Position numbers and translations under genes: made by a program. Below, piece by piece: positions 1-8,812 of a stretch of DNA of 32,000 nucleotides (the stretch's first letter is position 1; each line of letters opens with the position of its first letter). The DNA is from Propionibacterium ruminifibrarum (lineage in GTDB: Bacteria > Actinomycetota > Actinomycetes > Propionibacteriales > Propionibacteriaceae): NCBI RefSeq assembly GCF_900289195.1, contig NZ_OMOH01000004.1:90001-122000 (forward strand), read 5' to 3'. Under the pieces are notes generated by a model, which saw only the letters and a list, made by a program, of their open reading frames with translations, searched no databases and had not been told where the DNA came from.

Positions 1-1
1 G

Positions 2-289
2 TTCTCGGGCGGCAGCTCGGGCCTGTCGCTGGGGCACATCAGCCCCGAGGCCGCCGCCGGTGGCGCGATCGGCCTGGTGCGCGACGGCGACATCATCGAC
101 ATCGACATTCCCGCCCGCGCGATCAATGTGCGGGTCAGTGACGAGGAGTTGGCCGCGCGCCGCGCCGAGCAGGACGAGGCCGGCTGGAAACCGCGCCACC
201 GCGACCGGGTGGTCTCGAACGCGCTGAAGGTCTTCGCCCTGCTGGCCCAGAGCGCCGACAAGGGCGCGGCCCGCCGCCGACTCGACTGA
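2..289 (+). CDS. ilvD: dihydroxy-acid dehydratase, C-terminal end (5'-partial, gene continues upstream of window)
   Basis: Frame 2 is open from the window edge. Translation [54 protein letters not shown]...[12 protein letters not shown] matches the conserved IlvD C-terminus. TGA at 287-289. Confidence 0.85.
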   Translation, partial: FSGGSSGLSLGHISPEAAAGGAIGLVRDGDIIDIDIPARAINVRVSDEELAARRAEQDEAGWKPRHRDRVVSNALKVFALLAQSADKGAARRRLD

Positions 290-303
290 ACCCCCGCACT
301 CGT

Positions 304-685
304 CCTGCGGTTCTTGTGCGTCATTCCACGACGACCGCAGGACTAGTGCGGGCAACGGACCGATCGGAGTCCAAGCGCATCCCCATGCTCACCCGCCCAC
401 CGGACCATCGCCCTGCGCATCTTGTGCGTCATTCCACGACGACCGCAGGACGAGCGAACATGGGCTGCTCAGACGAGCCCCGCGGACACCTGTCCCCAAG
501 CCACCTTCAACCTCCACCCTGCGGTTCTCGTGCGTCATTTCACGACGACCGCAGGACGAACCACAGAAGACCGACGGCAGCTCACCCTGCGCTTTACGCC
601 GACAAGGGCGCGGCCCGCCGTCGACTCGACTGAACCCCCGTACTCGTCCTGCGGTTCTTGTGTGTCATTCCACGAAGACCGCAGG
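304..685 (+). repeat. tandem array of a 38-bp GC-rich hairpin element (4 full copies plus fragments)
   Basis: Full copies at 304-341, 412-449, 518-555 and 648-685. Consensus CCTGCGGTTCTCGTG-(T/C)GTCATT(T/C)-CACGAGAACCGCAGG: stem up to 15 bp, 8-nt loop. Left-arm fragment CCTGCGC at 586-592; lone right arm ACCGCAGGAC near 728-738. The array lies between convergent ilvD and lysE. Confidence 0.9.
597..685 (+). repeat. near-exact duplicate of the ilvD 3' terminus plus first hairpin copy
   Basis: 597-685 aligns to 253-341 at a 344-nt offset with 85/89 identities by eye. It includes the last 12 ilvD codons ([11 protein letters not shown]), the TGA, a 14-nt spacer and the hairpin. Confidence 0.85.
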
Positions 686-767
686 ACGAGGGGGCTCCCC
701 GTCGCAAGACAAACCGGTTCGGAAGCCAAACCGCAGGACGAAGCCGCGTTTCCCCATGGCGAGCCGG

Positions 768-1376
768 TCAGATCGCGCCGAGGGCCAGTCGCACGGCCAG
801 GGCGAGCATGACGACACCGATGACCAGGTCAAGACCGCGCCACACCCTCGGACTGGACATCGGCCCGGAGAGGGCCCGGGCGCCGAAGCCGAGGGCGCTG
901 AACCAGCAGACCGATCCGGTCATGGACCCGGCCGTGAACACCCAGCGCAGGCCGCCGTACTGGTTGGCGAGGGAGCCGAGGAAGACCATCGTGTCGAGGT
1001 AGACGTGCGGGTTGAGCCAGGTGACGGCCAGCGTCGCACCGACCACCGCGCCGAGTCCGGGCCCCGCCGCTCCCTGGGCCCTCAGTCCCTCGGCGTCGGG
1101 ACGCAGCGCGGAACGGAAACTGGTGAACGCGAACCAGCACAGGTAGGCCACGCCGGCCCAGGTCAGGACGGTGAGCACCCAGGCCGCCCGGTCGACGATG
1201 GCGCCGATGCCGAGTGTTCCGGCGGCCATGAGGACCAGATCGGAGGCGATGCAGATGCCGACGACCCAGCCCATGTGGGCCCGGCGCAGCCCCTGCCGCA
1301 GCACCCACGCGTTCTGGGCGCCGATGGCGACGATGAGCCCGAGCCCCGCGGCGAAACCGGTGACGAAGACATCCAC
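768..1376 (-). CDS. lysE: LysE/ArgO family basic amino acid exporter
   Basis: 202 aa with a GTG start. N-terminus DVFVTGFAAGLGLIVAIGAQNAWVLRQG is typical of the LysE family. Multi-TM hydrophobic profile. Divergently paired with an ArgP/LysG-type LysR regulator, as in the C. glutamicum lysE-lysG arrangement. Confidence 0.8.
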   Translation of the reverse strand: MDVFVTGFAAGLGLIVAIGAQNAWVLRQGLRRAHMGWVVGICIASDLVLMAAGTLGIGAIVDRAAWVLTVLTWAGVAYLCWFAFTSFRSALRPDAEGLRAQGAAGPGLGAVVGATLAVTWLNPHVYLDTMVFLGSLANQYGGLRWVFTAGSMTGSVCWFSALGFGARALSGPMSSPRVWRGLDLVIGVVMLALAVRLALGAI

Positions 1377-1415
1377 CTCACCGACGCTAGACGAGACCCA
1401 TGATGAAGACCAGCG

Positions 1416-1441
1416 AATGATTCTTCAGCATCATTAGAATC
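1416..1441. promoter_or_regulatory. AT-rich overlapping dyads in the lysE-lysG divergent promoter (candidate LysR/ArgP box)
   Basis: AATGAT(1416-1421)/ATCATT(1430-1435), and GATTCT(1419-1424)-N11-AGAATC(1436-1441), which is T-N11-A-like. A low-GC patch 6 nt upstream of the lysG ATG. Confidence 0.45.
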
Positions 1442-1446
1442 ACTTC

Positions 1447-2313
1447 ATGGATGCAGAGCAGCTTCGGGCGCTGAGGGCCGTCGCCGACGCGGGCACCTTC
1501 GACGCGGCGGCCACTGCGCTGCACGTCACGCCATCGGCCGTCAGCCAGCGCATCAAGGCCCTCGAACGCCAGACCGGTCAGGTGCTCGTGCAGCGCACCA
1601 GACCCTGCAAGGTGACCGACGCCGGGCAGGTGCTGTTGTCGGCGGCACGGCGTTTCGCAGAGATCGAGTCAGACGTGGCTCTCGCGCTCGATCGGATCAG
1701 CGCCGCGCCGCTGCGGGTCGCGGTCAACGCGGACTCGCTCGCCACGTGGTTCACCGCCGTGCTCGCCGAGGCCGCGCGATGGCGTGACACCGACCTGCGC
1801 CTGCTGGTCGAGGACGAGCAGCTGACCCACCGCCTGCTGACCAGCGGCGAGGTGATCGCCGCCGTCACCACGGCCACCAGGGCGGCGGCGGGCTGCCGCA
1901 GCACCAGGCTCGGCGCGATGCGCTACCTGCCGGTGGCCTCCCCCGCCCTGTGGGACGGCGGCCCCCTGCCGGGCGAGCAGCTGGCCGCGATGCCTGCGGT
2001 CTGCTTCGACGAGAAGGACCACATCACCGAGGACTTCCTGGCCGGGCTCGGCAGCCCCGCTCCGGAAAGGCGCCACCTGGTGCCCTCGCCGCACGCCTAC
2101 CTGACCGCCGTCGAGGCGGGCCTGGGTTGGGGCATGGTGCCGGCGCGCATGGCCGCCGAGCCGCTGCGCGCCGGAAGTCTCATGCGCGTACACCCGGGGC
2201 ACGTCGACGTCACCTTGTACTGGCAGTGCTGGGCGCTGCACACGCCCCGCCTGGAACGACTCACCGAACTGGTGCTGCGGTCCGCCCGAGAGCTCGACGC
2301 CCCGACGCCCTGA
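1447..2313 (+). CDS. lysG: LysR-family transcriptional regulator, ArgP/LysG type
   Basis: 288 aa. N-terminal HTH LRALRAVADAGTFDAAATALHVTPSAVSQRIKALE. Divergent from the lysE-like exporter. Confidence 0.8.
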   Translation: MDAEQLRALRAVADAGTFDAAATALHVTPSAVSQRIKALERQTGQVLVQRTRPCKVTDAGQVLLSAARRFAEIESDVALALDRISAAPLRVAVNADSLATWFTAVLAEAARWRDTDLRLLVEDEQLTHRLLTSGEVIAAVTTATRAAAGCRSTRLGAMRYLPVASPALWDGGPLPGEQLAAMPAVCFDEKDHITEDFLAGLGSPAPERRHLVPSPHAYLTAVEAGLGWGMVPARMAAEPLRAGSLMRVHPGHVDVTLYWQCWALHTPRLERLTELVLRSARELDAPTP

Positions 2314-2353
2314 CCCACGACACGCAGCCGAGCCGCAACGGCCCCCGAACACC

Positions 2354-2437
2354 GGGCCCTGCACACACCCGCTTGGAACTACTGACGGAAGGCGCCCCAG
2401 CCCGCGCGAGAGTTCGACGCACCGGCACCCTGACCAG
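2354..2437 (+). repeat. degenerate tandem duplicate of the lysG 3' end
   Basis: 2354-2437 aligns to 2231-2316 (offset about 120-123 nt, roughly 75% identity by eye). Shared blocks: CTGCACAC.CCCGC.TGGAAC, CGAGAG.TCGACGC and CCCTGACC, the last including the stop-codon position. Confidence 0.6.
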
Positions 2438-2524
2438 GGCGTCGACGACGTACGGCCGGGCCGCGACGGTGTCCCGGAGGGAACTCGCCGCGGCCCGGCC
2501 GCTGCTCTCATCGAGGGCCGGCTC

Positions 2525-3508
2525 TCAGGCCTTGCTCGCCTCCTCCTGGGCCTGGATGACCTCCTTGTCACGGTCCATGCCGAACAGGCGGGTGGCCGCA
2601 AGCAGGACAGTGCCCACGCCGGCGAAGACGGCCAGGACGTAGAGCCCGGCATTGCCCGAGCCGAAGGTGCCCTCGGCCCACACCCTGATGTTCGGCCCCA
2701 CGAAGCCGCCGAGGTTGCCGAGAGCGCCGATGAGGGCGATGCCCGACGCGGCGGCGCCGGAGGTCAGATAGGTCGAGACGTTCGTCCAGAAGAGCGGCTG
2801 CACGACGATGTGCCCGGTGTACGCAAGGCACAGCGCGGCAATGGTCAGCAACGGGTTCCCGCTCAGGACGCCCGAGAGCGCGATGCCGATCGCACCCATC
2901 GCGTAGATGGCCACGGCGACCTGCCGACGCCTGCCGATGCGCTCGGCGTACCGCGGGACGACCGCGAGCCCGATGACGGCGAACACCGCGGGGATCGCCG
3001 TGACGAGTCCGACGGCCAGCCCGACGCTCCGGCCGAGCAGCGCCGCGACCTGGGAGGGGATGTAGAAGTTGTACCCGTATCCGAGTACCTGGATCGTGAA
3101 GCACACGAAGCAGAAGTACAGGACGCGCCAGTCCACGAGGGCCCGGAACATGCCGCGCTGGGCGTGCTCCTGCTTCTCGGAGTCCTCTGCGTCGATCGCG
3201 ACGGTGAGCGCCTGTTTCTCCTCCTCGCTCAGCCACGTGGCGTCCCGGGGGCCGTCGGGAAGGTAGAACCAGGCGATGACGCCGACCAGGCAGGCCACGA
3301 GTCCCTCGATGAGGAACATGTTCTGCCAGCCCCGCGAGCCGGACCAGAACCAGCCCTCCGAGACGCTCAGCAGCCAGCCCGAGACGGGCCCGCCGATCAC
3401 GAACGCCAGGGGCGCCCCGAACTGGAAGAGCGCGTTCATGCGCGCCCTCATCCTGGTGGGGAACCAGAAGGTCATGTACAGGATCGCGCAACCGAATCCA
3501 CCAATGTT
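2525..3508 (-). pseudogene. MFS transporter (anion:cation symporter-like), 5'-truncated
   Basis: The ORF 2525-3475 (316 aa) begins mid-protein. The frame stays open upstream to 3508 and still reads IGGFGCAILYMTFWFPTRMRARMNALF, which resembles the conserved TM3-TM4 region of ACS-type MFS proteins. About 110 N-terminal residues and any promoter are missing. The open frame ends at an in-frame TGA (3509-3511) inside an AT-rich palindrome. Confidence 0.6.
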
Positions 3509-3544
3509 TCATTCAGAGAACCAATTTGGTTTGTTGTATGAAAC
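3506..3544. repeat. AT-rich 39-bp imperfect palindrome at the truncation point of the MFS gene
   Basis: GTTTCATTCAGAGAACCAATTTGGTTTGTTGTATGAAAC, centred at 3525. Outer arms GTTTCAT/ATGAAAC, core AACCAA-T-TTGGTT, 15/19 arm positions symmetric. About 33% GC in a roughly 70% GC background. Confidence 0.8.
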
Positions 3545-3611
3545 AGCATCAGAGTAGTGCTGAATCCGCCTGGCCGTCAAGCGGGAGGGCCCGACCCGCG
3601 GGCACACGAGA

Positions 3612-3643
3612 AACGGGGCCGGCCCCGAAGGGTCGGCCCCGTT
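3612..3643 (-). terminator. hairpin terminator candidate downstream of fba
   Basis: 10-bp stem AACGGGGCCG/CGGCCCCGTT with a 12-nt loop, 24 nt after the fba stop. Followed on the minus strand by TTCTC, a weak U-tract. Confidence 0.5.
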
Positions 3644-3666
3644 GTGCTGCGTGCGTGCGAGAGCGA

Positions 3667-4689
<1,023 letters not shown>

Positions 4690-4868
4690 GAAAACTTCCT
4701 TCTCTCGCTGTCACCCGAACGCACGCGGTGTTCGGGCCCGCTGGCCGAACGGTTCAACCTGGCGGGCATGGCCTAGTGGCCGTGCTGGTTCTGATTCTCT
4801 CAAATGCGGGCGCGCATGTGAACCCGGTTCGGCCGCGATGGGACTCTTCACAGCCATCCGGGCCTGGT

Positions 4869-5522
4869 TCAACGACCCTTGCCCGACCAGATGTCGTCGC
4901 AGACGATCATGTCGAGGTTGAGACGTCCGCCCGAGTAGGCGTACAGGCCACCGTCGATGCCGCCGGGCAGTACGTCGAGAATGGCGAAGGGCACCGCCCA
5001 GTGGGTGCCGTCGGTGCGCTCCACGCGCAGCTCGGGGCCGGGGGTGTCCCAGCGGCGCACCCCGCGCACGGCGGCCACCTGCGCCCAGGGCAGGTACTCC
5101 ACGTGGTCGCTGTGCCGCAGCACCAGGCCGAGACGTTCGATGCGCATCACCTGGCCGGGCACGAGCACCCTGAGGGCCCGGCGCAGGCCCCGGTGCCTGA
5201 GGAGGCGGACGATGAGCCGCCCGAGCGAGTAGAGGGTGGGCGCGCACATGAGCACGATGACGAACAGCTTCATGGGTGTGAGCGGGAGCAGCCCTGAGGA
5301 CTCCAGGTAACGGCGCAGGAGCGTCACGCTGATGGCGATGCTGATGACCAGTGAGAAGATCAGGCCGATCAGGCCCTTCTTGGCGAAGGCCGCGCGTTCG
5401 GCGAACAGCGCGGGCGTGACCGACACCGTGAAGGCGGTGTGCACCGGCTGGGCGGCAGCACCCGGGTCGGTTGTCACGTTCGTCTGGCTCACGCGGGCAA
5501 GTCTAACCGGCCAGCTGGCCAC
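4869..5522 (-). CDS. hypothetical membrane protein (two predicted TM helices plus a C-terminal soluble domain)
   Basis: 217 aa with a GTG start and high GC3. Hydrophobic segments GLIGLIFSLVISIAISVTLL and MKLFVIVLMCAPTLYSL. Located between fba and the TrmH-like gene. No family recognised with confidence; the start codon is uncertain. Confidence 0.6.
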   Translation of the reverse strand: MASWPVRLARVSQTNVTTDPGAAAQPVHTAFTVSVTPALFAERAAFAKKGLIGLIFSLVISIAISVTLLRRYLESSGLLPLTPMKLFVIVLMCAPTLYSLGRLIVRLLRHRGLRRALRVLVPGQVMRIERLGLVLRHSDHVEYLPWAQVAAVRGVRRWDTPGPELRVERTDGTHWAVPFAILDVLPGGIDGGLYAYSGGRLNLDMIVCDDIWSGKGR

Positions 5523-5643
5523 GGGCCGTCGGACCGAAGGGTCCGCCTAGGCCCCGGGGATGCCCGCGGCCTCGAACGAAACCCGGGGTTCCGGCCTGCC
5601 CCGGGAGATGCTCCTGCGCGGAGCCCGGGGCCACGGCGTGGCG

Positions 5644-5853
5644 GCCCCATCCACGCCCGCGCGGCAATGCCTGGCCGTCGAGCCAACCCATGACCACGCC
5701 CGCGCCCCATCCGCGCACGCGCGGGCGTTGCCACGCCGCCCGCCCCGACACCGTCCCGGCCCCGGCCCCATCCGCGCACGCGCGGGCGTTGCGCTGGTCT
5801 CCTGCGTGTACCAAGTGGCGTCAGTGCCTCATCCGCCCACGTCCGGGCAATGC
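5644..5853 (+). repeat. four 28-bp dyad-symmetric repeats at exact 61-bp period (28-bp repeat / 33-bp unique spacer; CRISPR-like geometry)
   Basis: R1 5644-5670 GCCCCATCCACGCCCGCGCGGCAATGC (27 nt). R2 5704-5731 and R3 5765-5792 are identical: GCCCCATCCGCGCACGCGCGGGCGTTGC. R4 5826-5853 GCCTCATCCGCCCACGTCCGGGCAATGC (22/28 vs R2). Repeat ends are at 5670/5731/5792/5853. The three 33-nt spacers are dissimilar. Core palindrome CCGCGC-AC-GCGCGG. Confidence 0.75.
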
Positions 5854-5881
5854 TCAAGGTCTCCCGGAGTCGTCGCAGCCC

Positions 5882-6610
5882 TCACCCGGTGGGGTCGGAC
5901 ACGCCCGGCCCTGCCGTGCCTGCGTGCTGGAGCGCCCAGTGGTACATCGCGATGGCCGAGGCGGCGCCGGCGTTGAGGGAGCGGGTGGAGCCGTACTGGG
6001 TGATCGAGACGATCATCGCGCAGGCGGCCACGAGCTCGTCGGTCAGCCCGTCGCCCTCCGAACCGAAGACCAGGCAGCAGCGTTCGGGCAGCCGCGCGGT
6101 CTCGAGCGGCACCGAGCCGGGCAGGTTGTCCACACCCACCATCGTCAGGTCGTGTCCGCGGCACCAGGTGACGAGCGAGGCGACGTCTGGGTGGTGGTGC
6201 ACGTGCAGATAGCGGTCGGTGACCATGGCCCCGCGGCGGTTCCACTTGCGGCGGCCGAGGATGTGCACGCCGGCGACGTTGAACGCGTTGCCGGTGCGCA
6301 CGATCGATCCGATGTTGAAGTCGTGGGCCCAGTTCTGGATGGCGATGTGCAGCGGGTGCCGCCGGCTGTCCAGCTCGGCGACGATCGCCTCGGTGGTCCA
6401 GTAGCGGTAGCGGTCGAGCACGTTGCGGTGGTCGCCCTGGGCGAGAAGCTCCGGATCGTAGCGCTCGTCACTGGGCCACGGCCTCGGGGCGGGTCCGACA
6501 CCGACCCTCGGAGCCGTCGGGTCGGCGGGCTCGGCGGCCCTGCGCGCCACCGCCTCGTAGGGGTGCGTCACCTCGCGAGGGGGCTCGGCGCCGCGTCCAG
6601 GGGTCTCCAC
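5882..6610 (-). CDS. SpoU/TrmH-family RNA 2'-O-methyltransferase
   Basis: 242 aa with a GTG start. C-terminal motifs LVFGSEGDGL and ITQYGSTRSLNAGAASAIAMY are typical of the SPOUT/TrmH family. Confidence 0.8.
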   Translation of the reverse strand: METPGRGAEPPREVTHPYEAVARRAAEPADPTAPRVGVGPAPRPWPSDERYDPELLAQGDHRNVLDRYRYWTTEAIVAELDSRRHPLHIAIQNWAHDFNIGSIVRTGNAFNVAGVHILGRRKWNRRGAMVTDRYLHVHHHPDVASLVTWCRGHDLTMVGVDNLPGSVPLETARLPERCCLVFGSEGDGLTDELVAACAMIVSITQYGSTRSLNAGAASAIAMYHWALQHAGTAGPGVSDPTG

Positions 6611-6643
6611 GAGCCTTCAGGCTACCCTTGTGGCGTGAATCTC

Positions 6644-7339
6644 ATGACCCTGCTCACGCTCGTGCCCATGATGCCGTCCTGGCTGGACCCGGCGGCCATC
6701 ATCCACGCCCTCGGGAACGGGGCGCTGTGGGGCGTCTGTCTCATCCTGTTCATCGAATGCGCCATCTTCCCGGTCCTGCCCGGCGATTCCCTGCTCTTCA
6801 CGGTCGGCATGTTCATCGCCATGAACCCACCGTCCATCACCTTCGGGTCGATGCCCAAGCCGCTCGTCTACATCGTGGCGTGCGCGATCATGACTGTCTT
6901 CGCGATCGGCGGCAACATCGCCGGCTACTACATCGGCAAGACCATCGCCCCGTGGCTGTTCAAGCCACGCGAGGGCTTCATCGGCAAGATCTTCAGCCCC
7001 AAGCACCTGGCGGACACCCACGCCTTCTTCGAGCGGTACGGCTCGAAGGCCCTCGTGCTCGGCCGGTTCGTGCCCTTCGTCCGCACGTTCGTGACCATGG
7101 TGGCCGGCGCCGCCGGAATGACCTTCCGCCACTTCATCTCGTGGACGGCCATCGGCGGCATCGTCTGGGCGTGGGGCATCACCCTGGCCGGCTACCTGCT
7201 GGGCAATGTGAAGTTCATCGGCGACCACATCGACCTGATCCTCGTCCTCATCGTCCTCGTCTCGGTCGTCCCCATGGTCGTCGAGTGGTGGAACGGCAAG
7301 CGCAAGGCCGCCAAGGAGGCGGACGCCGCGGCGGTCTGA
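6644..7339 (+). CDS. dedA: DedA family membrane protein
   Basis: 231 aa from the ATG at 6644, in frame within the long ORF 5690-7339. Motifs FIECAIFPVLPGDSLLFTVG, FFERYGSKALVLGRFVPFVRTFVTMVAG. A GTG at 6635 is an alternative start. Confidence 0.85.
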   Translation: MTLLTLVPMMPSWLDPAAIIHALGNGALWGVCLILFIECAIFPVLPGDSLLFTVGMFIAMNPPSITFGSMPKPLVYIVACAIMTVFAIGGNIAGYYIGKTIAPWLFKPREGFIGKIFSPKHLADTHAFFERYGSKALVLGRFVPFVRTFVTMVAGAAGMTFRHFISWTAIGGIVWAWGITLAGYLLGNVKFIGDHIDLILVLIVLVSVVPMVVEWWNGKRKAAKEADAAAV

Positions 7340-7356
7340 CGGGCCGCACGGCGCCG

Positions 7357-8100
7357 TCACTGCTGGGTTGGCGGCTGCTGCCCGGGCCGGCGGAACTGCT
7401 GATCGGCCTGCGGCTGGGGGGCAGGGGCCTGATAGCCGGGCGCCTGGAAGCCCGGGGCCTGGGGCTGCTGGCCCTGGGTGATCTGTCCCGGGGTCTGGGA
7501 CTGGACGCCGGAGCCATAGCCGAGCTGGCTGAAGTCGACCCCGGGGTTGGCGCGCATGGTCGGGTCGTCCAGCTGGAAGTAGGCGGCCTGGGTGAAGTGG
7601 AACATGTTCGCCACGATGTTCGACGGGAACGACTCGACCTTGGTGTTGTAGTCGCCGACGACCGCGTTGTAGTAGCGGCGTGAGTTGGCGATGCGGTCCT
7701 CGGTCTGGGAGAGCTCGCTCACGAGCTGACGGAACCCCGCGTCGGCCTTGAGTTCGGGGTAGGCCTCGGCGGTGGCGATGAGGCCGCCCACGGCACCGCT
7801 CAGCCGGGACTCGACGGCGACCCGTTCGGCGCTCGGCGCGGCGGTGGTGTCGAGACTGCGGGCCTGGTTGCGCAGCGCGATGATGTCCGACAGCGTGTTG
7901 TGCTCGTGCGTGGCGTATCCCTTGACGGTCTCCACCAGGGACGGGATGAGGTCGTAGCGCCGGTTCAGCTCGACGTCGACCTGGCGCCACGCCTCCTGCA
8001 GCTTGTTGCGCAGCGCGACGAGCCGGTTGTACGGCCCGACGAACAGGCCGCCGGCCAGGGCCAGCAGCACGACCAGGACGATGATGATTCCGATGAGCAT
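7357..8100 (-). CDS. lemA: LemA family protein with Q/P-rich C-terminal tail
   Basis: 247 aa from the ATG at 8100, internal to ORF 7357-8436. N-terminal TM MLIGIIIVLVVLLALAGGLF, then YNRLVALRNKLQEAWRQVDVELNRRYDLIP, the LemA signature. Start lies 1 nt after the pyrE stop. Confidence 0.85.
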   Translation of the reverse strand: MLIGIIIVLVVLLALAGGLFVGPYNRLVALRNKLQEAWRQVDVELNRRYDLIPSLVETVKGYATHEHNTLSDIIALRNQARSLDTTAAPSAERVAVESRLSGAVGGLIATAEAYPELKADAGFRQLVSELSQTEDRIANSRRYYNAVVGDYNTKVESFPSNIVANMFHFTQAAYFQLDDPTMRANPGVDFSQLGYGSGVQSQTPGQITQGQQPQAPGFQAPGYQAPAPQPQADQQFRRPGQQPPTQQ

Positions 8101-8101
8101 G

Positions 8102-8644
8102 TCAGAGCCCCAAATCCTTTGCTGAATAGGCGAAACGGTATTCCAGGCCGGCCTTGGCCATGGCCTCGGAGACGACCTTGCCGGAGCGGTCGACGATGTC
8201 CGCGACGCCGACGACGGTGGCGCCGGCCTCGCGCAGGGCGCGGACCGCGGTGAGCGCGGAGTTACCGGTGGTCGAGGTGTCCTCGACGACGAGCACGCGG
8301 CGGCCCTCGACGCCCGGGCCCTCGATGCGCTTGTGCAGGCCGTGGGTCTTGGACTCCTTGCGGACGACGCAGGCGTCCACTGGCCTGCCCGCCGCCGCAG
8401 CGGCGTGCAGGATCGCGGCGGCGACCGGGTCGGCACCCATCGTCAGACCGCCGACGACGTCGAAGTCCCAGTCCCTCACGAGGTCGAGCATGACCCGGCC
8501 GACGAGCGGAGCCGCCACGCCCGACAGGGTGACCCGACGCATGTCGATGTAGTAGTCGGCCTCCTTGCCGCTGGACAGCACGACATGTCCGCGCACGACG
8601 GCCTCGTCGACGATGTGGTGCAGGAGCTCTTCACGGTCAGTCAT
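8102..8644 (-). CDS. pyrE: orotate phosphoribosyltransferase
   Basis: 180 aa from the ATG at 8644. PRPP-binding motif VLVVEDTSTTGNS; LSSGKEADYYID. Confidence 0.9.
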   Translation of the reverse strand: MTDREELLHHIVDEAVVRGHVVLSSGKEADYYIDMRRVTLSGVAAPLVGRVMLDLVRDWDFDVVGGLTMGADPVAAAILHAAAAAGRPVDACVVRKESKTHGLHKRIEGPGVEGRRVLVVEDTSTTGNSALTAVRALREAGATVVGVADIVDRSGKVVSEAMAKAGLEYRFAYSAKDLGL

Positions 8645-8775
8645 GACACAGAGCCTATCCGGGCCCGACGGCAGGGCACGTTTCCCGGGCCGGGCCGACC
8701 GTGCGCCGGGACTCCGGGAATTCCCCGAGACGTTCCCGGGCCAGCGAGCCGACGAGGGACATGCGGCACCGGGGG

Positions 8776-8806
8776 TTGACAGTGACGTTGCGTCACCTGC
8801 TGGGGT
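8776..8806 (+). promoter_or_regulatory. MerR-type promoter/operator candidate (19-bp spacer with dyad), possibly leaderless
   Basis: TTGACA (8776-8781). Perfect dyad GTGACG-TTG-CGTCAC (8782-8796) inside a 19-nt spacer. Weak -10-like TGGGGT (8801-8806). The merR-like ATG is at 8813, 7 nt after the -10. Confidence 0.45.
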
Positions 8807-8812
8807 GGATGC

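Noticed and set aside
316-1002. Small ORFs with recurring peptides (e.g. VRHSTTTAGR, CVIPRRPQDE); the same kind occurs at 12801-13278 and 16365-16856
   Set aside because: The recurring peptides are simply translations of the hairpin repeat in different frames. There is no RBS or independent coding signal.
1669-2652. 327-aa minus-strand ORF
   Set aside because: It is antisense to lysG and extends into noncoding sequence. It has no motifs and a shadow-ORF composition.
4714-4736. Hairpin CCCGAAC-N9-GTTCGGG upstream of fba as a riboswitch or attenuator
   Set aside because: It is a single short stem with no recognisable conserved riboswitch elements or leader peptide, so support is insufficient.
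5644-5853. Calling the 28/33-bp periodic repeats a bona fide CRISPR array
   Set aside because: There are only four repeats, two of them divergent, and no cas genes or leader in the window. It is kept as a repeat feature and a hypothesis rather than annotated as CRISPR.
5690-6643. N-terminal 318 aa of the 549-aa ORF 5690-7339
   Set aside because: This part runs antisense through the TrmH-like gene and the repeat region and is low-complexity. DedA homology starts only at the ATG at 6644.
7357-7520. Q/P-rich C-terminal tail of LemA as a separate feature
   Set aside because: It is a low-complexity extension in frame with lemA. There is no evidence of a distinct domain or gene fusion.
6617-7990. 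457-aa minus-strand ORF
   Set aside because: It is antisense to dedA and out of frame with lemA. It is an R/P/G-rich shadow ORF.
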